A stretch of DNA of 32,000 nt from Synechococcus sp. UW140 (GTDB lineage: Bacteria; Cyanobacteriota; Cyanobacteriia; PCC-6307; Cyanobiaceae): assembly GCA_943369485.1 (NCBI GenBank), contig CALRNH020000005.1:121258-153257 (forward strand), written 5' to 3'. The position numbers and the translations under genes were made by a program. The notes under the pieces were generated by a model. It did not search any database and was not told the origin of the DNA. It worked only from the letters and a program-made list of their open reading frames with translations. Positions 25,225 to 32,000 of this stretch are shown piece after piece. Every line of letters begins with the position of its first letter. Position 1 is the first letter of the stretch.

Positions 25225-26244
25225 ATGACCGCACCGATCCAGGCCCTCGCCGCCCACGGCGCCGGACAACCACTCGAACCCTTTAGCTACACCCCCGGCC
25301 CGCTCGGCAGCGAAGAGGTGGAGATCGCCGTTGAGAGCTGCGGCATCTGCCATAGCGATCTCTCCATGCTCGACAACGAGTGGGGCATGACCGCCTATCC
25401 GTTTGTTCCCGGCCACGAAGTGATCGGGCGGGTGGTCGCCCTCGGGGAGCACACGAAGCGTCTGAGCATCGGCGATCGGGTGGGGCTGGGCTGGTTTTCT
25501 GGCAGTTGCGGTGCCTGCGAACCATGCCTCTCCGGCAACCAGAACCTCTGCCTCAAGGCCGAAGCCACCATTGTTGGTCGCCACGGCGGCTTCGCGACGC
25601 GGGTGCGGGCCGACTGGACCTGGGTGGCCCCCCTGCCGGAAGGCCTTGACGACAAGAAAGCCGGCCCTCTGCTCTGCGGCGGCATCACCGTGTTCAACCC
25701 GATCGTGGAGTTGGGCATCCAACCCACCGACAGCGTGGCGGTGATCGGCATCGGCGGCCTCGGTCACATGGCCCTGAAGTTTCTAAGGGCCTGGGGATGC
25801 GACGTCACCGCCTTCACCACCAGCGACTCGAAACGGGAGGAAGCGCTCCAACTCGGCGCCCATCGCACCTTGAACTCCCGCAACGCCGAAGAACTGGCCG
25901 GTGCGGCCAGCAGCTTCGACTTCATCCTCAACACCACCAACGCCAACCTCGACTGGAACACCTACATCGCCGCCCTCAAACCCAAGGGGCGCCTGCACAC
26001 CGTGGGGGCCGTTCCCGAGCCGATCGCCCTGGCCGCTTTCCCGCTGATTCTCGGGCAGAAAAGCCTCTCCGGGTCGCCCCTCGGCAGCCCGTCCACCACC
26101 GACAAGATGCTGCACTTCAGCTGCCGCCACGGCATCTCACCCACCACGGAGTTCTTCCCCCTCTCGAAGGTCAATGAAGCTCTCGATCACCTCCGCGCCG
26201 GCAAAGCCCGCTACCGCATCGTGCTGATCAACGACCTGAGGTGA
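25225..26244 (+). CDS. zinc-dependent NAD(P)-alcohol dehydrogenase, YahK/cinnamyl-ADH-like
   Basis: GICHSDLSML, PGHEVIGRVV, GSCGACEPC (structural zinc site), GIGGLGHMA (Rossmann), and a C-terminal KARYRIVL. Collinear with E. coli YahK from memory. Confidence 0.9.
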   Translation: MTAPIQALAAHGAGQPLEPFSYTPGPLGSEEVEIAVESCGICHSDLSMLDNEWGMTAYPFVPGHEVIGRVVALGEHTKRLSIGDRVGLGWFSGSCGACEPCLSGNQNLCLKAEATIVGRHGGFATRVRADWTWVAPLPEGLDDKKAGPLLCGGITVFNPIVELGIQPTDSVAVIGIGGLGHMALKFLRAWGCDVTAFTTSDSKREEALQLGAHRTLNSRNAEELAGAASSFDFILNTTNANLDWNTYIAALKPKGRLHTVGAVPEPIALAAFPLILGQKSLSGSPLGSPSTTDKMLHFSCRHGISPTTEFFPLSKVNEALDHLRAGKARYRIVLINDLR

Positions 26245-26342
26245 GACCCGGGGTTGGATGGCGAACCTGCTGAAGCGATGCCGAATCAGCGGGCGGGCCT
26301 GTCCATCCATTGCAGAACGCCGTGGAGACGGCCAACTGAGGC

Positions 26343-27365
26343 TCAATCCAACGTTTTCCATTGCCCATCCCTCCCCTTCACCAGCAGGAGCCGCGGGGGA
26401 AACAGAACTCTGGAGGCCAGCTCAAAGCAGAAGCCCACGTCCTGGGGCAGGGCGGCCAGGCGCGCCTGGGTGCCCGGCAGGTTGGCAGGGCGGAACAGGC
26501 TGGTGCCAACGGAGCGGGCCACCACCACGGGGCTGTCGGTGGTGATCAGGCGAACGTCGGCCGGTGGGGGTGCCGCCACCCGGGCGCCTGCGGCATAGCC
26601 CCGCTCCAGGCAGCGGTTTTTGCGCATGGCGTCCACGTGGAACGCAAAGCCCCGATCGGTTGGCTGGGTGGCGAAGCGTTGATAGGCGCCGGAGAAGTCG
26701 GGCGAGAGCAGGGCGACGCGGTGGGCCAGCAGCGCCAGGATCGCGGCACGGTCGGACTGCTCCAGGCTGCGGATCGGTGGATCGTCGTGCCAGCTCTCGG
26801 CGCGCGCATAGGGAGCCTCGAAGCGGTAGGTGAACGACACGGGCCCCTGGCTGTCGCGCACCTCCCCCCCTTCGGCGCCCAGGTTCGTGGACAGGGTGGA
26901 TCCCTGGGGCGTGGTGGAGGTGGTGGTCTGGTCGCTCACCACGGCCCAGCGGAACTGGCTGCGGTAGCGAACCTGGGCGTCGATCGGCGTGAAGCGCAAC
27001 TGCAGGAGGTTGGGGCCCCGGCGCAGCACCGGCTGCAGCCCCCGCAGCTGCAGCCAGAAGGCCGGCGAGAGCTCGGGCGCGGCACCGCCAAGGCCCATGA
27101 CCAGGGCCTTCCTGGCCTCCAGGGGGTCGTCGAGCAGGGGCACCCCGTTGAGCTCCACCTCAACGCGGCCCGGCAGGGTGGGCCGCTCCTTGGCCTGGCC
27201 CAGATCGCCCCTGTAGGGGGTGAAGGTGATCTCCCCATTGACCGTGTTCGCCAGGGCGGCCAAGGGGGTGAGGGTGGTGGCCAGGGCCAGGGCGGGGGCC
27301 AGCAGCGAACGGGAGAGCCGGGTGCGGAGGCGTGGCACGGGGCGGAGCCGGGCAAGGGTGGCCAT
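26343..27365 (-). CDS. exported hypothetical protein
   Basis: 340 aa. N-terminal RLRTRLSRSLLAPALALATTLTPLAALA/NTV is signal-peptide-like. No family recognised. Confidence 0.55.
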   Translation of the reverse strand: MATLARLRPVPRLRTRLSRSLLAPALALATTLTPLAALANTVNGEITFTPYRGDLGQAKERPTLPGRVEVELNGVPLLDDPLEARKALVMGLGGAAPELSPAFWLQLRGLQPVLRRGPNLLQLRFTPIDAQVRYRSQFRWAVVSDQTTTSTTPQGSTLSTNLGAEGGEVRDSQGPVSFTYRFEAPYARAESWHDDPPIRSLEQSDRAAILALLAHRVALLSPDFSGAYQRFATQPTDRGFAFHVDAMRKNRCLERGYAAGARVAAPPPADVRLITTDSPVVVARSVGTSLFRPANLPGTQARLAALPQDVGFCFELASRVLFPPRLLLVKGRDGQWKTLD

Positions 27366-27436
27366 GGGCTCAGGCGACCGCGGGGAAAACCAGACCTAGC
27401 AGCAGAAAGCTGGTGGGCGGGAGGGTGGATGGAGTG

Positions 27437-27539
27437 CTGGGGCGGCACACCAACACCCGGAGCCGGGTTGGCTGCAGCCGCTACATGCCCATTGCCAGAA
27501 GGGATCCCAGCAGGGGCGATGGCCTGACGGGCCGCCCAA
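27437..27539 (+). repeat. copy 1 of a ~103-nt dispersed intergenic repeat (unclassified; candidate structured RNA or miniature mobile element)
   Basis: CTGGGGCGGCACACCAACACCCGGAGCCGGGTTGGCTGCAGCCGCTACATGCCCATTGCCAGAAGGGATCCCAGCAGGGGCGATGGCCTGACGGGCCGCCCAA. The termini GGGCGGC / GCCGCCC are complementary. Confidence 0.85.
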
Positions 27540-27583
27540 CACCAAACCTGGCCCTATTGCCCGGCAGCCGCCACCATCACTCC

Positions 27584-28025
27584 ATGGCCTCCAGCCCCTC
27601 TGCTGCCTTCCTGCGCCTGCGCGCGTTCATCGCCGAGCGGACGCGCATGAGCCCCATCGATCAACCGCTGATGCTGTAGCCGAAGGCTTCCGCGCAGTGG
27701 TTGGAGTTGCTGGGCCACTGATTAGCCAAGCAACAGCCAGCCCGGCCCCGGCGCAGGACGTGGCCCGCCGAATCCTGGGAAGCGCATGGTGGGCCGGGTG
27801 CTCACCGGCAACGGCATCACCACCTACGGCAACGGCGCCTACAGCCTGATCGGCGGTGACGAACTGAGCGATGCCGAGCGCGACGAGCTGCAGCTGCTGT
27901 GCCGCCAGCGCCTTGTCGCCTTCCGCGAGCAGCGCGGCGAGGAGGTGGGTTGTTTGTTTGTTGAGAAGCCTGCGGCTTCGGCCACCGCAGCCGCTACCAA
28001 ACCCCGATCACCAGCAGCAGGGTGA
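27584..28025 (+). pseudogene. decayed N-terminal fragment of an HNH/restriction-associated protein (tentative)
   Basis: ATG 27584 gives MASSPSAAFLRLRAFIAERTRMSPIDQPLML*, then a stop. About 100 nt later, in another frame, comes MVGRVLTGNGITTYGNGAYSLIGGDELSDAERDELQLLCRQRLVAFREQRGEE. From memory both pieces resemble the N-terminal winged-helix-like region of some HNH endonuclease family proteins (motifs RMRMSHxYQPVML and NMVGRVL). No nuclease domain follows. Confidence 0.3.
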
Positions 28026-28143
28026 CGGCCACGGCGGTTTCGGTAGGGGTGTCGCCGGGCTCCACGAAGTCGTAGCCACCGGCATCGCGCCCTGCACCAC
28101 GACCGCCTGGCACCAGTAGGGATGGTGTGGTGGGAAGCGTCAT
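27994..28143 (-). CDS. possible 49-aa tail-anchored mini-protein (very tentative)
   Basis: MTLPTTPSLLVPGGRGAGRDAGGYDFVEPGDTPTETAVAVTLLLVIGVW*, an internal ATG of a longer shadow ORF, directly downstream of dcd. Confidence 0.2.
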   Translation of the reverse strand: MTLPTTPSLLVPGGRGAGRDAGGYDFVEPGDTPTETAVAVTLLLVIGVW

Positions 28144-28217
28144 GCCTTCCACAGGCAGCAGGCCTGCATCGCGATGCCCCGCCCATCGATCGGGTGCCAC
28201 TGCTGCGCGTGGGTGGG

Positions 28218-28742
28218 TCAGAAGGAGTCTTCCGTCTGGCCGGCGAAGCGGCCGGCGTAGCTCTCGCTGCCCTGCAGCTTCTGGAACACGAACTGGCAGA
28301 TCGCGGTGCCGGGATGGACCGCCAGGGGAGCGGGGCCGAAGTTGCTCATCTCCAGCACCTGCTGGCTGTCGATCCCCGGCCCCATGAACGGGGCGCTGAT
28401 GTGCACCATCAGGCCCAGGCGCGCGAAACGGCTGCGGCCCTCCAGCCAGCCGCACAGACCAGGCCCCAGGCGCAGGCGCTCGCGGGTGATGCCCAGCACG
28501 GTCTCACCGGGCATGATCAGGATGTGCTCGCCCTCGGGCACCTGGATCTTCTCGGTGAGCTCCCGGTAGTCGCTGTGCTCCTGCACGTCGACCACCTGGT
28601 GCACCTTGCGGAACACGCGAACGGTGGGGGCGAGGGTGAGGTCGAGCGAGGCGGGGCCGAGCCGCTCGGGATCGAAGGGCGTGACCCCGATCGCACCCGA
28701 TTCCATTGCCTGCAGGATCGCCTCTCTCCCAAGAACGGCCAT
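28218..28742 (-). CDS. dcd: dCTP deaminase (dUTPase-fold Dcd family)
   Basis: ASLDLTL...PGETVLGITRERLRL...GWLEGRSRFARLGLMVHISAPFMGPGI...LEMSN...ICQFVF matches the Dcd pattern (G..EGRSS.ARLGL..H.TA..IDPGF.G..TLE). Confidence 0.85.
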   Translation of the reverse strand: MAVLGREAILQAMESGAIGVTPFDPERLGPASLDLTLAPTVRVFRKVHQVVDVQEHSDYRELTEKIQVPEGEHILIMPGETVLGITRERLRLGPGLCGWLEGRSRFARLGLMVHISAPFMGPGIDSQQVLEMSNFGPAPLAVHPGTAICQFVFQKLQGSESYAGRFAGQTEDSF

Positions 28743-28825
28743 GTCTTTCCCTGGGGGGTAGGCGGTTGTGGATTGTCTCAGGCGGCCGATCGGGCGCCAC
28801 TCGCAGGGGGCCTGTGCGGGGAGGA

Positions 28826-29746
28826 TCAGCCAGGAGGCGCTGCGGATCCGGTGGCGGCCGCACCGTCATCGGCGGGCAGGCCTGAACGCCTGGGCGGGTT
28901 GAGGTGCGGCAGCAGGGGCGCCGGGCCCAGTTGTTCGAGCCGGAAGTTGGCGCCATAGCTGCGGGTGGGCCGCTGCGAATAGAACCGCGCCCGGGGTTGC
29001 CGCCCCAGCCCCCGGCTCAGCGAGGCAACTGCGGCGGCGACGTGGCTGCGCAGGCGCAGGGCGGCGAGCACCAGCTGCTGCAACCAGCCGGGCGCCACGG
29101 GCCAGCCCAGGCTGCCCGCCGTCTGGCGATCGAGCAGGGCGGCCAGCACCCGGTGCAGCGTCGGCCTCAGGGGGGCGGGCCAGTCGGCCAGCAGCATGGC
29201 CAGGGTGGCGTCGGCGACGCGGCGGTTGCTGGGGGCCAGGGCGAACACCTGCCCTTCCACCTGCTCGTTGAGTGCCATCAGCTCCACCAGGCTGCCCGGG
29301 ATGGCGCTGATCCCCATCCGCTGCCCCACCGCCTGCCAGAAGCGGAACAGGTGCTCCTGCTCCAGGTCAGTGAGGCCCCGCCAGCCGTAACGACTCAGCC
29401 AGCGGATCGGCTCGGCCACAAAGGTGGAGAGCACGTAGAGGAAGTCGTCGTTGCCGATGGCGTAGTGGCCGTGGATGCGGTTCATCCGCTCGATCACCGC
29501 CGCACCCGCCTCGCTGTCGACCCCATGACGCAGCAGTTCGGCCACCATCAGGCCGGTGTCGTCGTAGCGCTTGCGCGGCCGCTGGGCGAACTCACCGGTG
29601 CGATCCAGCAGAGCGGAAATCGAGGGCACGCAGAAGGTCTTGAGCAGGGCCAGCTCAAGGGAGCGGGTGAGATCCCAGGGGAACACCACGCCGGCGAGGT
29701 GATGGCAGGTAGCTTCAGCCTCCTGCAGCGGGCAGGGATCGCTCAT
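28826..29746 (-). CDS. oxygenase MpaB-family (DUF2236) protein
   Basis: From ATG 29746: LLKTFCVPSISALLDRTGEFAQRPRKRYDDTGLMVAELL...IERMNRIHGHYAIGNDDFLYVLSTFV is typical of the MpaB/DUF2236 family. The upstream 104 codons of the ORF run into repeat copy 2 and are rejected. Confidence 0.7.
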   Translation of the reverse strand: MSDPCPLQEAEATCHHLAGVVFPWDLTRSLELALLKTFCVPSISALLDRTGEFAQRPRKRYDDTGLMVAELLRHGVDSEAGAAVIERMNRIHGHYAIGNDDFLYVLSTFVAEPIRWLSRYGWRGLTDLEQEHLFRFWQAVGQRMGISAIPGSLVELMALNEQVEGQVFALAPSNRRVADATLAMLLADWPAPLRPTLHRVLAALLDRQTAGSLGWPVAPGWLQQLVLAALRLRSHVAAAVASLSRGLGRQPRARFYSQRPTRSYGANFRLEQLGPAPLLPHLNPPRRSGLPADDGAAATGSAAPPG

Positions 29747-30002
29747 GGCTCCGGGGATCGGTCTGCCGGGTCGAAAAAAAGGGACCATCGCTGGAAACCC
29801 TATGGCGCCCTCGGAGGAAGCAGGCGTACCTCCACTGCTGCGTGCCGCGGCTCTATCGCAAGCCGAGCGATTCATGGATCCGTAGCACGGTCCTGCCCTC
29901 AAAGGTCCATCTGGAGGCGGATCAGGGGCGGCAGCTGCGCTCGCCCGGAAGGGGCTGTCTTGCCGTGATGGGCGGGATGCTGCCCATGTCTGGACAAAGG
30001 GA

Positions 30003-30104
30003 CTGGGGCGGCACACCCACACCCGGAGCCGGGTTGGCTGCAGCTGGAGCACGCCCACGCCAGAAGGGATCCCAGCAGAGGCGACGGCCTGACGGGCCGC
30101 CCAA
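30003..30104 (+). repeat. copy 2 of the ~103-nt dispersed repeat
   Basis: CTGGGGCGGCACACCCACACCCGGAGCCGGGTTGGCTGCAGCTGGAGCACGCCCACGCCAGAAGGGATCCCAGCAGAGGCGACGGCCTGACGGGCCGCCCAA. The central ~12 nt are the most diverged and it is 1 nt shorter. Confidence 0.85.
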
Positions 30105-30124
30105 AGCCACGAAGCTCCACACGC

Positions 30125-30394
30125 TCAGGGGCGATCGAGAAGCCTGCCGCTCACGTACTTGTGAAGGACACTGCTGATCAGGGTCTGGTAGGGAATGCCC
30201 TCCTGCAGCGCTCGGGCGCGCAAGGCGCCCAGATCCTCGCTGGTGAGGCGACTATTGATGCGCTGATCCTTGGTGGCCGTTGACCTTGCGGAGGCTTCGA
30301 GGCGGGAGCGCTCGGCAGCCGTAGCCACCGAACGGAGCGCGCCCGCTTCGAAGGCTTCCAGGATCTCCTGCTCGTCGTGATCAAGGGGGTTCAT
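30125..30394 (-). CDS. CopG/RHH antitoxin, BrnA-like
   Basis: MNPLDHDEQEILEAFEAGALRSV...KDQRINSRLTSEDLGALRARALQEGIPYQTLISSVLHKYVSGRL; the GIPYQTLI..lHKY..G C terminus is characteristic. An alternative upstream ATG at 30457 would overlap the HepT gene. Confidence 0.75.
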   Translation of the reverse strand: MNPLDHDEQEILEAFEAGALRSVATAAERSRLEASARSTATKDQRINSRLTSEDLGALRARALQEGIPYQTLISSVLHKYVSGRLLDRP

Positions 30395-30434
30395 GGTCGG
30401 TCTCCTGGGCGGTAGGCGATGGTGGCTCTGGTGT

Positions 30435-30776
30435 TCAGCCATTGCTCTGCCGCTCAATCAGCGAGCGAACGGTGAGACCAAGGGGAGGAAGATCACGCGC
30501 CACGGTTTCCCAGACCTGCTCCAGATTCACACGCAAATAATCATGAATAAGCACATCTCGCATGCCGGCGATGGACTTCCAAGGAGTGGACGGCTCGGAC
30601 TCGCGAAGATCCACCGACAGATTCTTCACGGCCTCACCGATCACGATCAAGTTACGAACCACTCCATCCTGCACAAGCGTGGAAGCAAGAAAGGCTGAGC
30701 GGCCTTCCGAGGTGTAGAGATTGATGCGCCCAAGGGCTTCGGTAATGCTGGCGAGGTAAAGGAGGTCCTTGCTCAC
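30435..30776 (-). CDS. hepT: HEPN toxin, DUF86/HepT family
   Basis: RX4HXY motif (MRDVLIHDY) plus IVIGEAVKNL. The GTG start overlaps the MNT stop (GTGA). Confidence 0.85.
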   Translation of the reverse strand: MSKDLLYLASITEALGRINLYTSEGRSAFLASTLVQDGVVRNLIVIGEAVKNLSVDLRESEPSTPWKSIAGMRDVLIHDYLRVNLEQVWETVARDLPPLGLTVRSLIERQSNG

Positions 30777-31087
30777 AATGCCGTGGCTTGCGCAATGATC
30801 TGATCCCGAATCAAAGGATGCAACTGATGTGCTTCCGCTAGATCCACTTGACAATTCAAGAGAGCTTCCAGTTCCTGCCGCAGGGCGATCACCTCCAGCA
30901 GGGAACAGCCCTGCTCCAGATCCACTAGTAGGTCAAGGTCGCTGCCGGGCCGATCCTGGCCACGGGCCACCGAGCCATAGATCCGCAGGTTGCAGGCCCC
31001 ATGGCGGCGAGCCACGGCCAGCACCTGCTCACGGGCGGCCTTCAGCCGCTGGGAGAGGGAGTTTTCCTGGGTCGAAGGAGCAGCCAT
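30773..31087 (-). CDS. mntA: MNT-type nucleotidyltransferase antitoxin (MntA-like)
   Basis: From ATG 31087: IYGSVARGQDRPGSDLDLLVDL (GSxxRG...DxD minimal nucleotidyltransferase motif). The longer upstream ORF extension runs through repeat copy 3 and is rejected. Confidence 0.85.
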   Translation of the reverse strand: MAAPSTQENSLSQRLKAAREQVLAVARRHGACNLRIYGSVARGQDRPGSDLDLLVDLEQGCSLLEVIALRQELEALLNCQVDLAEAHQLHPLIRDQIIAQATAL

Positions 31088-31228
31088 GGCCCCATTCTGG
31101 ACTGCATCCTTGCAGCTGTCCTGGCTCCAGGTCGCTCTGGTGGAGGATTGGCGAGAGCCACACTGGCATCTCCTGCGCCAACGGGAGGGGTCTCCACCTC
31201 CGCGAGCTGCTGCGAAGTGGGAGAGGGA

Positions 31229-31331
31229 CTGGGGCGGCACCCCCACACCCAGAGCCGGGTGGGCTGCAGCCGCTACATGCCCTTTGCCAGATGGCATCCC
31301 AGCAGGGGCAATGGCCTGACGGGCCGCCCAA
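31229..31331 (+). repeat. copy 3 of the ~103-nt dispersed repeat
   Basis: CTGGGGCGGCACCCCCACACCCAGAGCCGGGTGGGCTGCAGCCGCTACATGCCCTTTGCCAGATGGCATCCCAGCAGGGGCAATGGCCTGACGGGCCGCCCAA. Confidence 0.85.
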
Positions 31332-31422
31332 AACCTGCCTGCCGATCAGAAGTGGGCTGACACATCAGCCCACCAACCCCAACGCGGCGGCATCGCCTGG
31401 CGGGTGGCTTCACAATGGGGCG

Positions 31423-31770
31423 ATGAGCACGGCATCAGCGCCCCCGATCGAGGAACGGCTCCAGGCCATGGCCTGGGTGATCCAAGGCGTCATCCCCGGG
31501 GCGCAGGTGCGGCTGTTTGGCTCCAGGGCTCGCGGCACCGGTGGACCGGATTCCGATATCGATCTGCTGATCACCGCCCCGGATGACTGGCTGGCGCAGC
31601 ATCACCGTTTCAGGGTGCTGAACGATCTGTGGGGTCGGCTGGCCCAGGCGGATGTGTCGCTCGATCTGCTGCTTTGCTCCCGCAGCGAATGCGAGGAGCG
31701 CCAGGACTGGCGGAGCCACGTGATTGGCAGGGCCTACCGGGAAGGACGTCTCCTGCATGGCGCTCTCTGA
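31423..31770 (+). CDS. nucleotidyltransferase-domain protein (MNT-like antitoxin)
   Basis: From ATG 31423: LFGSRARGTGGPDSDIDLLITAP. Followed by an overlapping HEPN-like reading frame. Confidence 0.8.
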   Translation: MSTASAPPIEERLQAMAWVIQGVIPGAQVRLFGSRARGTGGPDSDIDLLITAPDDWLAQHHRFRVLNDLWGRLAQADVSLDLLLCSRSECEERQDWRSHVIGRAYREGRLLHGAL

Positions 31771-32000
31771 AGCGGAAGGTCTGCTGCGCATCGCCGCCGT
31801 CGATCTGGAGAGCGCTCAGGCTTCCTCCGACCCGACCGTCTTTCGCGAAGGGGCCTGGGGTTTCTGACTGCAGCAAGCCGTTGAGAAGGCATTGAAAGCG
31901 TGGTTGCTGCACCTGGGCAGCGATCCGCCGCTCACCCATGACCTGCGCCGTCTGCTGTTGCTGCTTGCTGCGGAGGGAGTGGCCACGGCCGACTTGCAGC
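31757..32000 (+). pseudogene. HEPN-domain gene interrupted by an in-frame TGA; 3'-partial at the window edge
   Basis: Own translation: MALSEAEGLLRIAAVDLESAQASSDPTVFREGAWGF*LQQAVEKALKAWLLHLGSDPPLTHDLRRLLLLLAAEG... The TGA is at 31865-31867 and the same frame continues open to the window end. QQAVEKALKA and THDL are classic HEPN (PF05168-type) motifs. Confidence 0.55.

Noticed and set aside
28218-28742. dcd as an anti-phage dCTP deaminase defence gene (nucleotide-depletion type).
   Set aside because: The sequence is the housekeeping dUTPase-fold Dcd type (G..EGRS..ARLGL motif). It lacks the zinc cytidine-deaminase motif and the N-terminal kinase/NTPase domain of the defence enzymes.
27437-31331. 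The three repeats as template/variable repeats of a diversity-generating retroelement.
   Set aside because: The differences between copies are not adenine-specific (I saw A>C, G>A, T>G and a block substitution). The copies are intergenic rather than at a gene 3' end. No reverse transcriptase is in the window.
27437-31331. The three repeats as integron attC sites bounding gene cassettes.
   Set aside because: An RYYYAAC-like heptamer (GCCCAAC) occurs only in copy 1 and at the 3' end, whereas an attC reads 5'-RYYYAAC...GTTRRRY-3' on either strand. No matching GTTRRRY partner and no intI gene were seen. Apparently core genes (dcd) lie between copies.
1-32000. CRISPR arrays, transposases, integrases and prophage genes.
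   Set aside because: No regularly spaced short repeats and no recombinase, transposase or phage structural motifs were seen in any frame of the ORF track.

Overview
High-GC (about 65-75% by hand counts) bacterial chromosomal segment. The gene content (GH57 glycoside hydrolase, exported MnSOD, pdxH, dcd, beta-carbonic anhydrase) suggests a picocyanobacterium of the Synechococcus/Cyanobium type; that assignment is inference only. Most of the window is housekeeping or transport genes, tightly packed with many 4-nt start/stop overlaps, and unusually rich in type II toxin-antitoxin modules: three VapBC-type pairs, one DUF433/DUF5615-like pair, two MNT/HEPN pairs and one orphan RHH antitoxin. No rRNA, tRNA, CRISPR array, transposase or integrase was recognised. 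Four things stand out. (1) At 18277-21920 a lower-GC two-gene cassette encodes a Cache-HAMP-class III nucleotide cyclase whose stop overlaps (ATGA) the start of an MscS-type channel with a C-terminal cyclic-nucleotide-binding domain. By eye, both proteins lack canonical nucleotide-chemistry residues: the cyclase Asn/Arg pair, and the Arg of the cNMP phosphate-binding cassette. (2) A ~103-nt intergenic repeat occurs three times in the same orientation within 4 kb (27437, 30003, 31229). Each copy abuts a TA or decayed restriction-like cassette. (3) An 87-bp divergent duplicate of the carbonic anhydrase 3' end brackets a small lower-GC insert (6827-7431). (4) An ABC-2 transporter operon is preceded by one TA pair and interrupted by another. 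Many long ORFs in the six-frame track are antisense shadows typical of high-GC DNA and were not called.
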